A stretch of DNA of 64,000 nucleotides, from the NCBI GenBank assembly GCA_012690745.1, contig GCA_012690745.1_4086.2; one strand, given 5' to 3'. Of this stretch, positions 52,646-61,944 are shown piece by piece. Position 1 is the stretch's first letter, and each line of letters starts with the position of its first letter. The notes beneath the pieces were generated by a model, which made no database searches, had not been told where the DNA came from, and worked only from the letters and a program-made list of their open reading frames with translations. This DNA comes from a phage. The position numbers were made by a program, and so were the translations under genes.

Positions 52646-53244
52646 GAAAAAGTTATCAAGAAGCTATTGACTTAATTCGTGAAGTTATCAAGGTGGCTCC
52701 TGCTGCTATTGAGTTCAAGAAGTCCATATACAAGAAGTATGGTTCAATGTCGAGTATGTGCTTTCAAAAGAAACGTAGAGCATTCACTACCCAGTACTGG
52801 AATGATTCTATCATCCTGAGCAATGAGACTCAGCGTATTTTAACACTAGAATCTGAACCTAATGAGTACGGGGAAGGGAACATTTGTGTACCTGAATATG
52901 ATGAAATTAACTTCAACTGCGGTGATTTTGAAACAACATTATTACTTCATGAGGGTTATCCAGAAGGTGATGTATTAGCTGAGTACAATCCAAAAACTAA
53001 AATTCTCAAAAGAGGAATCCAGTTCACTATTAATAACAAAGATGATGTTCAAGCAGCACTGATGCAACTGAGTACAAGTGAACCTATCACTATTAGTGTA
53101 GAAGAGTTATGGGGAATTATTTCAGTACTCAATGAGTGCTACAAAGTAAAATCATTGCGTAATCACACCCTTATATTGCATACTAATATGGCAAATATAA
53201 AATGTAAGCACATTCAAGAAATGGTGGTTCCAGATGGACTTTAA
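52642..53244 (+). CDS. EYFQ-motif paralog family member (divergent)
   Basis: ATGA overlap; motif VQAALMQLSTSEP. Confidence 0.5.
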   Translation: MRKSYQEAIDLIREVIKVAPAAIEFKKSIYKKYGSMSSMCFQKKRRAFTTQYWNDSIILSNETQRILTLESEPNEYGEGNICVPEYDEINFNCGDFETTLLLHEGYPEGDVLAEYNPKTKILKRGIQFTINNKDDVQAALMQLSTSEPITISVEELWGIISVLNECYKVKSLRNHTLILHTNMANIKCKHIQEMVVPDGL

Positions 53245-53818
53245 AGAAATTGAAAGTAAATTAAAGTACTTCAAAGATATCAAACTTCTTTGGGAAAAGT
53301 ATAAAGTTGATTACAATTTCAGTGATGATGAGACAATAAAATACATTGAGATTAATATCAAAATCAAGTTCAAGAATAATAATTATGGTGAAGTAACCTT
53401 AAATCATACTGGTATATCACTCAAGGACTATGATGGTTCAACACTCGCATATTTTGACTTCACACCAGAACCAGGTGAAACACTACTTAGTGAGATAAAT
53501 TCCTATGACATGGAAGTGTTCGGCGGGAATCCGTTACTGTTCCGACTTTCTGAAGAGTGGAGTGAAGAGTACTACACTTACAAAGATGGTGTAGTACTTG
53601 ATATTCATGGAGAAGTTGTGAATGACTTGGAAGAACGTTTGTTCCAAGAATTGTGTGTTTCAAATACTTCATATGCATACAATCATATCCTTGACATGTT
53701 TGATTTATATAGTAAAATAGATGCTGAAATGAAGGCACATGGTATTCATTACCTTACAATTAACGACTATGCTCAACTCGAAACCGCTGTGAAAGCATTG
53801 ACTAAAGTACTGAAATAG
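53234..53818 (+). CDS. EYFQ-motif paralog family member
   Basis: Motif LEERLFQELCVSN. Confidence 0.5.
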   Translation: MDFKEIESKLKYFKDIKLLWEKYKVDYNFSDDETIKYIEINIKIKFKNNNYGEVTLNHTGISLKDYDGSTLAYFDFTPEPGETLLSEINSYDMEVFGGNPLLFRLSEEWSEEYYTYKDGVVLDIHGEVVNDLEERLFQELCVSNTSYAYNHILDMFDLYSKIDAEMKAHGIHYLTINDYAQLETAVKALTKVLK

Positions 53819-53827
53819 GAATGAAAT

Positions 53828-54241
53828 ATGAAACTGTATCATGCGAGTACTGTAAAAATTGATAACTTTTATATCCCGTATGGTGGTCTTCATATGGGAG
53901 GTAAACACAGTGCTTTGGAAGCTGCATTACGCAAGCTGAGAAGCCCACTGAACGTAGTAGACGCATGTACAGTATACTTGCATACCTTAGAAGTTGATGT
54001 TGATAACGTGCTTCTGTGTGAAGATTTAGGCAGTAATGATGAGTGGCGTTCACTTATTGAGAATTGCACTGCTCAAGGTTATGATGCTGTTCAGTACAAA
54101 AATGATTACGAGCCAGACAATGTTCCTAGCTTTATGATTTGGGATGCATCTAAAGTTCGCATCATTGAAGTTGATGCTATGCATATGGATGAAGCTGAAA
54201 TGATTATCGAAGATTTTCTTGATGAATATGAAGGTGTATAA
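53828..54241 (+). CDS. hypothetical protein (not a family member)
   Basis: Track ORF. Confidence 0.5.
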   Translation: MKLYHASTVKIDNFYIPYGGLHMGGKHSALEAALRKLRSPLNVVDACTVYLHTLEVDVDNVLLCEDLGSNDEWRSLIENCTAQGYDAVQYKNDYEPDNVPSFMIWDASKVRIIEVDAMHMDEAEMIIEDFLDEYEGV

Positions 54242-54777
54242 TGTCTGAACCGATGGTAGCACTGGCACGTACAAAATTACTATTAAAGATTGGTGAGATT
54301 TTTACGGTTCTTCTGTCCAATAATATTGATATTACTGAGCTAGATATTAAGCAACCGTGGGAAGTGACTATGTTCTCGGCGTTCCACCGATTGTCATATA
54401 AAGGTGAAAGTGTTCTTGATTTTAACCCTAAAGCAAAATTCATAGATTATGCTGCGTTGTACAGAGAGTTGCACAGAAATATTTATTCCGGTTGTATAAC
54501 CAATAACTTCAAAGAAATTAAAGTTCAAACTGCATCACATGAGTTCAATGATTTACTTTATCCAGAATTTAATCTAACGGAAGAATTACTCTTTCAGTAC
54601 TCGTTAATTCTCACAAATCTCGAAACACTAGAGTTCTACAAAGAGTTAGTAGATATTTTTATGAATACACGACTTTCAAAAGATATTGTGATATTCTGGT
54701 ATACAGAGCATGTTACGGAGGAATTGCTTACTGAATTTCTTCTAAATATGACAGCTATAAAGGAGAAGTTATGTTAG
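54241..54777 (+). CDS. EYFQ-motif paralog family member
   Basis: Motif TEELLFQYSLILT. Confidence 0.55.
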   Translation: MSEPMVALARTKLLLKIGEIFTVLLSNNIDITELDIKQPWEVTMFSAFHRLSYKGESVLDFNPKAKFIDYAALYRELHRNIYSGCITNNFKEIKVQTASHEFNDLLYPEFNLTEELLFQYSLILTNLETLEFYKELVDIFMNTRLSKDIVIFWYTEHVTEELLTEFLLNMTAIKEKLC

Positions 54778-55244
54778 ATATTTTAGGAAACATCGATACT
54801 GCAAATTATTTTATCCAGGACGCACTGTTCAATACAGTTCAACAAGGATTAGAAGTTCGTCATAACGTTTACCAAGGTGATGGTTATTTCGTTGATATTG
54901 TTGAGGCACGAAAGAATACGTTTAATGTTAACATTACAACACTGGGTAGACAGAACATTGCACGAATTTTAGTAAGTAAAGATGAAATTGTATTGAGATA
55001 CAGTGCTAAGTTTATGTTGACTTATAAGAAAAAAACTGATATGTTCAGTACTAATTTATTTGATGAGCCATTTGACCTTGAAGATATTGAAGCTACTTTC
55101 TTTACTCAAAGTACTATGGTAAAATACACTGATGTTCAATTTTCTGCTGATGTAATGTCAGAAACATTACAAATGATCAAGGTATTATTTTATGCATTTG
55201 AGCAATTTAGAGAAGAAAGAAACAAGGTTAACAACCACAGATGA
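54771..55244 (+). CDS. EYFQ-motif paralog family member (divergent)
   Basis: Motif IEATFFTQSTMVK. Confidence 0.5.
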   Translation: MLDILGNIDTANYFIQDALFNTVQQGLEVRHNVYQGDGYFVDIVEARKNTFNVNITTLGRQNIARILVSKDEIVLRYSAKFMLTYKKKTDMFSTNLFDEPFDLEDIEATFFTQSTMVKYTDVQFSADVMSETLQMIKVLFYAFEQFREERNKVNNHR

Positions 55245-55605
55245 ACTAATAGAGGCGATCACTAAGGAGTCAAAATACCACAAAGGGATTCGTCTATATT
55301 TTATAGATATTGGTTCAATGGAAGGCATATACATTTATGGTTCACAATCTTTATCTTATGATGTAATGCCAAAAAAACATGTAAAAATCTTTTTAGGTTC
55401 AGATAAAAAAACTTTCTTGACAATTAATGATAAAAACGTTATTATGAATTCGTTGGGTCATGATAAGGTGGAAATTGATCTAAACACACTGGAGGATATT
55501 GATTTTTTTCAATACGAGTGTTTAGGTGTTGACTTACATGGCATTAGTAGCGATATGATAAAATCATTAATCAAATATTTCGAAGGTGTTCATAAATGTA
55601 TCTAA
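55192..55605 (+). CDS. EYFQ-motif paralog family member (divergent)
   Basis: Motif EDIDFFQYECLGVD; 52-nt out-of-frame overlap with upstream gene, start uncertain. Confidence 0.45.
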   Translation: MHLSNLEKKETRLTTTDELIEAITKESKYHKGIRLYFIDIGSMEGIYIYGSQSLSYDVMPKKHVKIFLGSDKKTFLTINDKNVIMNSLGHDKVEIDLNTLEDIDFFQYECLGVDLHGISSDMIKSLIKYFEGVHKCI

Positions 55606-56093
55606 CTAAATCAATGAAAAATTCATTTGATAAAATCAAGAGTTGTCTTGATGGGGAAAATATTACAAGTGTTACACAAACTGCTGACCAAATTCAAAGC
55701 AGTTCAAGTGATTGTACTGTTATTTTAGGTTTACATAGTCTACGTTTATCAATAGTAAATAATATTGACAACACTGCTATTGTAATCACACCATGCCATA
55801 TTCAAAATGAGAATGGTGTATATCTTCATCACATGGGAACAGTATTTCATATTTTCAATACAAACGAAAACATTGTTAAGGAATACAAATCTCTTAATAT
55901 TGATTCAGGTGAATTATTTCAAATGAGTACTTTGTACTCATGTAATTTTACAGATACTTCATGTATTTTGCCATTTTTCTTGGAAATTATTAAGAAAATG
56001 GAAAATTTAAAACTTGAATACAATAAAGAAATGGTTCCTGAAGCTATATTAAATATTACTAATGCTATAGAGAAGTATAATGCAGTGACTTAA
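55596..56093 (+). CDS. EYFQ-motif paralog family member
   Basis: Motif DSGELFQMSTLYS. Confidence 0.55.
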   Translation: MYLTKSMKNSFDKIKSCLDGENITSVTQTADQIQSSSSDCTVILGLHSLRLSIVNNIDNTAIVITPCHIQNENGVYLHHMGTVFHIFNTNENIVKEYKSLNIDSGELFQMSTLYSCNFTDTSCILPFFLEIIKKMENLKLEYNKEMVPEAILNITNAIEKYNAVT

Positions 56094-56135
56094 TAAAAAC
56101 GCACATGGAGTGCATTAGAAGATCAAGGATAGATC

Positions 56136-56609
56136 ATGGAGATTAAAACTGTTGAAAATGGGAAAATTGATGACATTTTAGAGTTGGACGCATTCAAAGT
56201 TCATGATATAATGTTTAATGTGAAGGACATTATTCAATGTCTATTTTTGTGTAGCAAGACAATGCATGATTTTTTTCACAACCCAAATACTAACGTTTTT
56301 ATACTAACAATCAGTACTGAAAACTCGTTTATCATGGGTATGCCTATGAGTACAAATGAACAATATATTGATTGTGTTATTCGTAATAACGATAGTATTA
56401 CGCCACAATCTGAAGTACGTAAAAAGAAAAACACATACACAATCAAAGATGATAAAATTATGATGTGCTGTAGTAAAGGGTTTATATTAGATAATTTTAT
56501 CGTCAAAGACAGTTATCACGACTTTAAAGTGTCTGAAAATCAATCCAATGTAGTTCTTTATGCGAGTGACATAGAAAGTCTAACAGTTAAAGATCCCAGT
56601 TTGGAGTAA
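56136..56609 (+). CDS. hypothetical protein
   Basis: Track ORF; no family motif. Confidence 0.5.
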   Translation: MEIKTVENGKIDDILELDAFKVHDIMFNVKDIIQCLFLCSKTMHDFFHNPNTNVFILTISTENSFIMGMPMSTNEQYIDCVIRNNDSITPQSEVRKKKNTYTIKDDKIMMCCSKGFILDNFIVKDSYHDFKVSENQSNVVLYASDIESLTVKDPSLE

Positions 56610-56611
56610 GT

Positions 56612-56743
56612 ATGGCTAAGAAAGTAAACAATTTCGTACAGAAACACATGAATGAGTTTAACAAGCCTCAGACACATGTGGATCGTAAAAAAGAAATGAA
56701 AAATGGTAAAGTAAAACACAAGTCGAGATTTATTCTCGACTAA
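56612..56743 (+). CDS. hypothetical small basic protein (43 aa; not in ORF track)
   Basis: ATG 56612 after RBS GGAG; lysine-rich; followed by terminator. Confidence 0.4.
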   Translation: MAKKVNNFVQKHMNEFNKPQTHVDRKKEMKNGKVKHKSRFILD

Positions 56744-56750
56744 TTTTTTG
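56722..56750 (+). terminator. rho-independent terminator
   Basis: Stem gtcgaga / tctcgac, loop tttat, T6 tract. Confidence 0.65.
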
Positions 56751-56766
56751 TCTAAATTTATGAGGA

Positions 56767-57621
56767 TTGTATATGTTAGACATTTCAGATTTTCTTAATT
56801 TTAAAAAGTATTCAGTGCTTGAACATATCAACGAATTTCTGAATTCTACTACACCATTTGGTATCAGTACATCAGATGCATACGATGGATATACAATCTT
56901 CCCATACAATGACTTTCAAATTTCCGTCAAAAAAGGTTTTACAAAAGAAGTTGCAATTCGTGATGTAGTAATGTATAGCGATTCTTCTATTTCTTACTGT
57001 CATGACGTGAACAAGTTTGAATCTCTTTCAACACCTAATTGTTCATACTACAAATCCCATGACACGATGATGTATAAAGAACAACATATTAATGGTGTTT
57101 CGTTCTATAAAACTAGCAGTGATAAATCATATACATCTAGAGATGATTTTGGAAAATACACATGTACTATGCACACGGATAATGAAAAAACAAATTACAC
57201 TCATTCATTCGAGTCCAAATTCCAAGAGAGTGAAGTTTCAAATATCACTATACAAGAACAGGTTTCAGAAGGCATTGTATATCGTAGTACTGCATTCTTT
57301 CGCATGAAAGATATTGCCACAGGCAGACCAATGATGTACAATATTGACATATACATGAAAGGTGATATATCCGAAGTAGTGATTAGTACTGGTTATCGTG
57401 AAAAATATACAGTTACAATGGAATCACCAGATGCATCATTAGTTCACCTCTTTAACAATTTATATACATTCCAATTCGAACTTAGTTTCGATCCAAATGA
57501 ATATCAAATATTTGATATATTAAAAAGTAATATTATTAATAAGTTAGAATATTACTACAAGTTAGGTGGTAAGATGTGCATAGTTAATACTATGTTACAT
57601 AACATAAAAGAAACATTATAA
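56767..57621 (+). CDS. hypothetical protein (284 aa)
   Basis: Track ORF. Confidence 0.6.
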   Translation: MYMLDISDFLNFKKYSVLEHINEFLNSTTPFGISTSDAYDGYTIFPYNDFQISVKKGFTKEVAIRDVVMYSDSSISYCHDVNKFESLSTPNCSYYKSHDTMMYKEQHINGVSFYKTSSDKSYTSRDDFGKYTCTMHTDNEKTNYTHSFESKFQESEVSNITIQEQVSEGIVYRSTAFFRMKDIATGRPMMYNIDIYMKGDISEVVISTGYREKYTVTMESPDASLVHLFNNLYTFQFELSFDPNEYQIFDILKSNIINKLEYYYKLGGKMCIVNTMLHNIKETL

Positions 57622-57637
57622 ATCTGGAGGATTTGGT

Positions 57638-57931
57638 ATGGATACTAAATTCAAAATTATTTTTAAAACTAAGCCGTATATTCCACATACAGCAGAACGT
57701 TTTATACCACATGGTGCTGAGGAAATTATTCACCAAGATGGTACTAAGTTATACCTTGTTCCTTGTTCTTATGAACGTGCAGTAGAAATGTTACTAATGA
57801 ATGCTAGACTATGCAAAAACAAGTACATTAGTTACCTATACAATGAACATATTTTAGATTTCAATGATGAAAATATGTTCATTCTAGCAATTGAGGATTT
57901 TGATAACTGGTACAATATTATTAAAATCTAA
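57638..57931 (+). CDS. hypothetical protein
   Basis: Track ORF; RBS GGAGGA. Confidence 0.55.
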   Translation: MDTKFKIIFKTKPYIPHTAERFIPHGAEEIIHQDGTKLYLVPCSYERAVEMLLMNARLCKNKYISYLYNEHILDFNDENMFILAIEDFDNWYNIIKI

Positions 57932-57940
57932 TGAAAATAA

Positions 57941-57987
57941 TGTGAACATATTAGATTCTTGTGATATAATGTTCACATCTTTTTTTG
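57941..57987 (+). terminator. terminator-like long-loop hairpin (loop carries TGnTATAAT)
   Basis: tgtgaacat (57941-57949) pairs with atgttcaca (57969-57977), then T7 tract; -10-like TATAAT 57965-57970. Confidence 0.4.
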
Positions 57988-58002
57988 ATAACGGAGATAT
58001 AG

Positions 58003-58389
58003 ATGAATACAAGTTCAGTCCTAAAAGCAATTGGTGGTGTTTTACTCATTGAAGTAAAAGGTGAGCCAAAGCTATGCTGTTTAGAAGATATGAAGAATAC
58101 AAAACACTTCAGTACTGGTCAGATTTTCAATGCCATTCGTATTCTAAATGACAAATCCATTGCTGATTATGGAAAAGTTTGGCCTGTATATCAAAATGCT
58201 GATGGTGATATCAGTACTGATTGGAAAACAATTGAGGCGGTACGACAAAGTTGTGAGAGTGATTGGGACTTCATTGTTGAAGTTTGTGATCAACTACAAG
58301 AAGATGTTCCAGAAATTGTTGAACGAAAAGAAGTTCTAGCACGACTTGAAAAATTCCGTCACGGAACACTACAGTATGACACAATCTAA
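58003..58389 (+). CDS. hypothetical protein
   Basis: Track ORF; RBS ACGGAGA. Confidence 0.55.
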   Translation: MNTSSVLKAIGGVLLIEVKGEPKLCCLEDMKNTKHFSTGQIFNAIRILNDKSIADYGKVWPVYQNADGDISTDWKTIEAVRQSCESDWDFIVEVCDQLQEDVPEIVERKEVLARLEKFRHGTLQYDTI

Positions 58390-58438
58390 TCTGCTTATTA
58401 AAAATATCTAATTAACATTATATAAAAGGAATTTAAAA

Positions 58439-58744
58439 ATGGAAGACAATGGAATGAAATTTGATATGTTTGAAGGTGTACCAGAGTTCGATTTCAACAA
58501 ACTTGAAGAAGGTGAGGAATCAGAACTAGTTAGTGTTACACTTAAAGCAGATTCTAAAAAGAAATATTCATCATCAGTACGTTCACGTTCACAAGAAGAA
58601 TACGAAACATTTATTGAAAGTATTCATTATGAAACATTCCATCACGCAGATGGAACTCCATATGAAGTACGTGTAACAGTACTGAAGCCTGAAGTAAATC
58701 CAATGGAAAATCTACGTCCTGTTTACTGCTGGGCAAGTCACTAA
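58439..58744 (+). CDS. hypothetical protein
   Basis: Track ORF; RBS AAAGGAA. Confidence 0.55.
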   Translation: MEDNGMKFDMFEGVPEFDFNKLEEGEESELVSVTLKADSKKKYSSSVRSRSQEEYETFIESIHYETFHHADGTPYEVRVTVLKPEVNPMENLRPVYCWASH

Positions 58745-58752
58745 TAAACCAA

Positions 58753-58784
58753 AGGACGGGATTTGTTATCTCGTCCTTTTTTTG
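58753..58784 (+). terminator. rho-independent terminator
   Basis: Stem aggacg(gg) / (at)cgtcct, T7 tract. Confidence 0.7.
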
Positions 58785-58795
58785 TCTGGAGATGT

Positions 58796-59650
58796 ATGAA
58801 ACTTTATCTAATCGTTGACTACAATAAGGATTATGCTGGTAACTTCACCGAAGATTCGGATGGATATTGCACATCGACTAATGTCAATGTACGTAGCAGT
58901 AGTGCTCATGAACATGAATCTTGTAAAAATCTAAAAGATTTTATCGCATACCGAGCATTTGAAAAGAACTTCTGCCGCAGTAGATATTCGAAGTTTGAGT
59001 ACCCGTTAATTGATGTTCCTGATGATTTAATGTTCCAGTTAATGTTGACTGGAGTTCAAGATTATGATTACATAGCGTATAATCATATTACTAAGAAAAT
59101 TTATATTGGTACATCATCACATGACACTTCTATGTATGCATCATGCCCAGATGATCGAATGAATGATAGAAAATCATACTATAGTGGGTCAGTTGGTTTA
59201 AATGATTCATTAAATAAAAATTCATTCTTTGAGTATGTTTATGATTACCATCATGAGAAAAAAGAACGTGAAGATTACTGTATAGCAATTGATAGTACTA
59301 ATGGTTATGAAGACGTGAAAGAAGCACTTATGCCGTACATTATTGAAAAGTACTACAAAGATTTTCAGTACTGTAGTAATTTTCTAATCAGAAATTCTAT
59401 TATAATCGGTCGCCAATCTAGTGCATACTCTCAGTACTACAACGATTCACCAGTAGCATCGGCAAATGAAATGTGTGATATTTTACAAATTCCACGTGAA
59501 GATATGACATTTATTTTTACGTCTTTTATTGAAGATGATGAGTTGTATATTAAAAATAAACATCGTTTCATGCCAAGCAGGATTGAGGTTATTCGAAGTT
59601 TTAGTGTTGATATACTAACAAATTTCACAGAAAAAACCGAATATAACTGA
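58796..59650 (+). CDS. hypothetical protein (284 aa)
   Basis: Trimmed from track 58763 to ATG 58796 (RBS GGAG); weak family-like PDDLMFQLMLTGV. Confidence 0.55.
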   Translation: MKLYLIVDYNKDYAGNFTEDSDGYCTSTNVNVRSSSAHEHESCKNLKDFIAYRAFEKNFCRSRYSKFEYPLIDVPDDLMFQLMLTGVQDYDYIAYNHITKKIYIGTSSHDTSMYASCPDDRMNDRKSYYSGSVGLNDSLNKNSFFEYVYDYHHEKKEREDYCIAIDSTNGYEDVKEALMPYIIEKYYKDFQYCSNFLIRNSIIIGRQSSAYSQYYNDSPVASANEMCDILQIPREDMTFIFTSFIEDDELYIKNKHRFMPSRIEVIRSFSVDILTNFTEKTEYN

Positions 59651-59679
59651 GACAAATGATAAGTTAATGATATAATATA

Positions 59680-59714
59680 AGGTGACAACATAATATGTTA
59701 GTCACCTTTTTTTA
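59680..59714 (+). terminator. rho-independent terminator
   Basis: Long stem aggtgacaacat / atgttagtcacct, 3-nt loop, T7 tract. Confidence 0.8.
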
Positions 59715-60250
59715 ATCCTGAAAGGTTCCCATAAGGAAATGATTAAAAGCCTAATCCACTCGAAAATGTAGAGGGTAGATGAGTAGTCCTTTCAGTACGA
59801 ACAGCAGATGAAACCCGTTAGATGATGGCATAGTTTGAACCACTCACGGCAATGCGGCTGTATAAAGAACTCCAATAGGATAAAGAGAGTTCCTCGATAG
59901 ACATATAAGGATCGCACCTTACCAATTATCTAAGGGAGATTTCATAAGAAATATGCGGTCGGAATTATACAATATAGTTGCGTCCAAATTTTGTGAAATC
60001 AAATACAAGTACTGGTCATATGGTATTTGTATTATGTGTCGGGATGTTTAAGACCGACGACCGTTGCTACAAGAACCGCGATAGAGAGAAACAGAGCAAC
60101 CCGCTTTCGTCTCATAAGAGAATTCGTGATATGAACTATGTGAAGGCCACCAGCGTCAAATTTTTTTGTTCTTTCCCCTGCGGGGGGATGAAATATGCTC
60201 AAGCAAACCCCGTCAATATTAATTAAAAGAAAATAGTACTTGTAGAATTA
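59715..60250 (+). other. ORF-poor, visibly GC-richer 540-bp region; candidate structured noncoding RNA or regulatory region
   Basis: Only one weak ORF (59978..60226) without RBS; local hairpins such as cccctgcgggggg. Confidence 0.3.
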
Positions 60251-60328
60251 GACATGCGTAGCATGATAATTCTACTGATGTTGATGCAATCAACGTCACG
60301 TATATTCATTGATGTTTCCATAGGAATA

Positions 60329-60874
60329 ATGATGGCATTTATTAGAAAAGAAAAAACTGTTACTTATAAAACTTTGAATTTTGATGATTGCATTAATCAA
60401 TCACAAGACGAAGATATCTTTACTGGATATGTGGTTATTAAAGAAAAAGGATGCATTTCTTATATAAAGGAATTACAAAATGGAATTGAAGTGACTTCAG
60501 TTAAATTACTTCCTACTCAAAAACCAACAATATCAAAAGCCCAGTATGGTAATTATTTTGAAGAAAGATATAGTAATAATTCAATAAGTGTTAAGGCTCA
60601 TATTATTAAAGGAGAACTAGAAGGAGAATATAGAAAATACAACCCACAAGGAAAATGTGTTTGGGTTAAATACTTCAATTCAGGATATGATGTAACATCT
60701 GAAATTATAGAATTCTTGGGTTTAAAATGTACCCCTGAGACTATTCATGATTACAAGTTCAATACTGAAGAAGAGTTTAATCTGATGATGCGTTACGGTT
60801 CACATTTTAAATTTTTATATGAATATAACATTGACAGTAGTACTTTTGATAAGATAGTACACAACTGTCTCTAA
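60329..60874 (+). CDS. hypothetical protein with possible MORN/YwqK-like repeats
   Basis: Trimmed from track 60254 to ATG 60329 (RBS AGGAA); GELEGEYRKYNPQGKCVWVKYFNSGYDV resembles MORN-type repeats. Confidence 0.45.
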   Translation: MMAFIRKEKTVTYKTLNFDDCINQSQDEDIFTGYVVIKEKGCISYIKELQNGIEVTSVKLLPTQKPTISKAQYGNYFEERYSNNSISVKAHIIKGELEGEYRKYNPQGKCVWVKYFNSGYDVTSEIIEFLGLKCTPETIHDYKFNTEEEFNLMMRYGSHFKFLYEYNIDSSTFDKIVHNCL

Positions 60875-60890
60875 CAAAAGGAATTATATA

Positions 60891-61412
60891 ATGTCGAAGA
60901 AGGATGCTTCGAAAAAACATTCAGTACATTTCAGTACTGGAAAAGATAACTGGACAACTCCCAAAGATTTCTTTGAAGATTTGGATGAGTTATGGGGATT
61001 TACACTTGATGCTGCTTGTGTTGATGAGACTGCATTGTGTGATAATTTTTTCACTCCAGAAGATGATTCACTATCACAGGATTGGGGAAATAATATAGTT
61101 TGGTTGAATCCACCATACAGTGACTTGAAAACTTGGTTATCTAAAGCAGTAGATGCATATAATAACGGGGCAACTGTAGTTATTCTTGTACCCTCAAGAA
61201 CCGACACAATTGCTTTTCAGGATTATGCTGCTAAAATATGTGATTGTATTTGTTTTATTAAGGGAAGATTACGATTTGGTATACCAGAAGAACCCGATAA
61301 GAAAACAGATTCAGCACCATTTCCTTCGTGTCTGATAGTACTGGATAAGTACTTAACCACTGCTAAAATCAATTATCTTAAATCTCTTGGATTGGTGATG
61401 AAGAATTTATGA
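60891..61412 (+). CDS. dam: DNA N6-adenine methyltransferase (phage Dam-type)
   Basis: WTTPKDFFEDLDELWGFTLDAAC followed by catalytic NPPY; overall phage Dam-like; RBS AAGGAA. Confidence 0.8.
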   Translation: MSKKDASKKHSVHFSTGKDNWTTPKDFFEDLDELWGFTLDAACVDETALCDNFFTPEDDSLSQDWGNNIVWLNPPYSDLKTWLSKAVDAYNNGATVVILVPSRTDTIAFQDYAAKICDCICFIKGRLRFGIPEEPDKKTDSAPFPSCLIVLDKYLTTAKINYLKSLGLVMKNL

Positions 61413-61942
61413 AAGAAACATGTGTATTAACGTTTGGTCGTATTAATCCTGTACATCGTGGACATGGTTTAGTTTTTGAAAAGGCCAAAACATTACAAGA
61501 ACAGTACAATGCTGATTTAAAAATATATCTAAGCACCAGTACTGACAATATAAAAAACCCACTCCCACCTGAACTAAAAATGTATTATACAGAGGGATTC
61601 TATCCTTCAGTGCAAGAGAACATCTACACAGAAGACAATCTATTTGATATAATGAGAGAACTGGATGGAAAGTACTTAGATGTTCTTTTCATTTGTGGTT
61701 CTGACCGTATTGATTCTTTTCAAAAAACTCTTGACATGTACAATGGTAAGTTGTATAATTTTTGTAGTATAAAAGCAATTCAGGCAGGTATTGACCGTAA
61801 TGTAAGTCAATATAGCTCAACACAAATGCGTAACTTCGCAAAAAATGAAGATTTTGATAGTTTTCGTGAGTTTTTACCTGGAAATGACGAGGACTTAAAA
61901 ATACAATTATTTGAAGACGTTATAAAATACATGAGGAAATAA
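61409..61942 (+). CDS. cytidylyltransferase-superfamily nucleotidyltransferase, NMN adenylyltransferase-like
   Basis: N-terminal TFGRINPVHRGH (HxGH nucleotidyltransferase motif) and SSTQMR (ISSTxxR-like); ATGA overlap with dam. Confidence 0.6.
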   Translation: MKETCVLTFGRINPVHRGHGLVFEKAKTLQEQYNADLKIYLSTSTDNIKNPLPPELKMYYTEGFYPSVQENIYTEDNLFDIMRELDGKYLDVLFICGSDRIDSFQKTLDMYNGKLYNFCSIKAIQAGIDRNVSQYSSTQMRNFAKNEDFDSFREFLPGNDEDLKIQLFEDVIKYMRK

Positions 61943-61944
61943 TT

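Noticed and set aside
59978-60226. Track ORF of 82 aa in the GC-richer gap
   Set aside because: No RBS, arginine- and cysteine-rich low-complexity product; the region is more plausibly noncoding.
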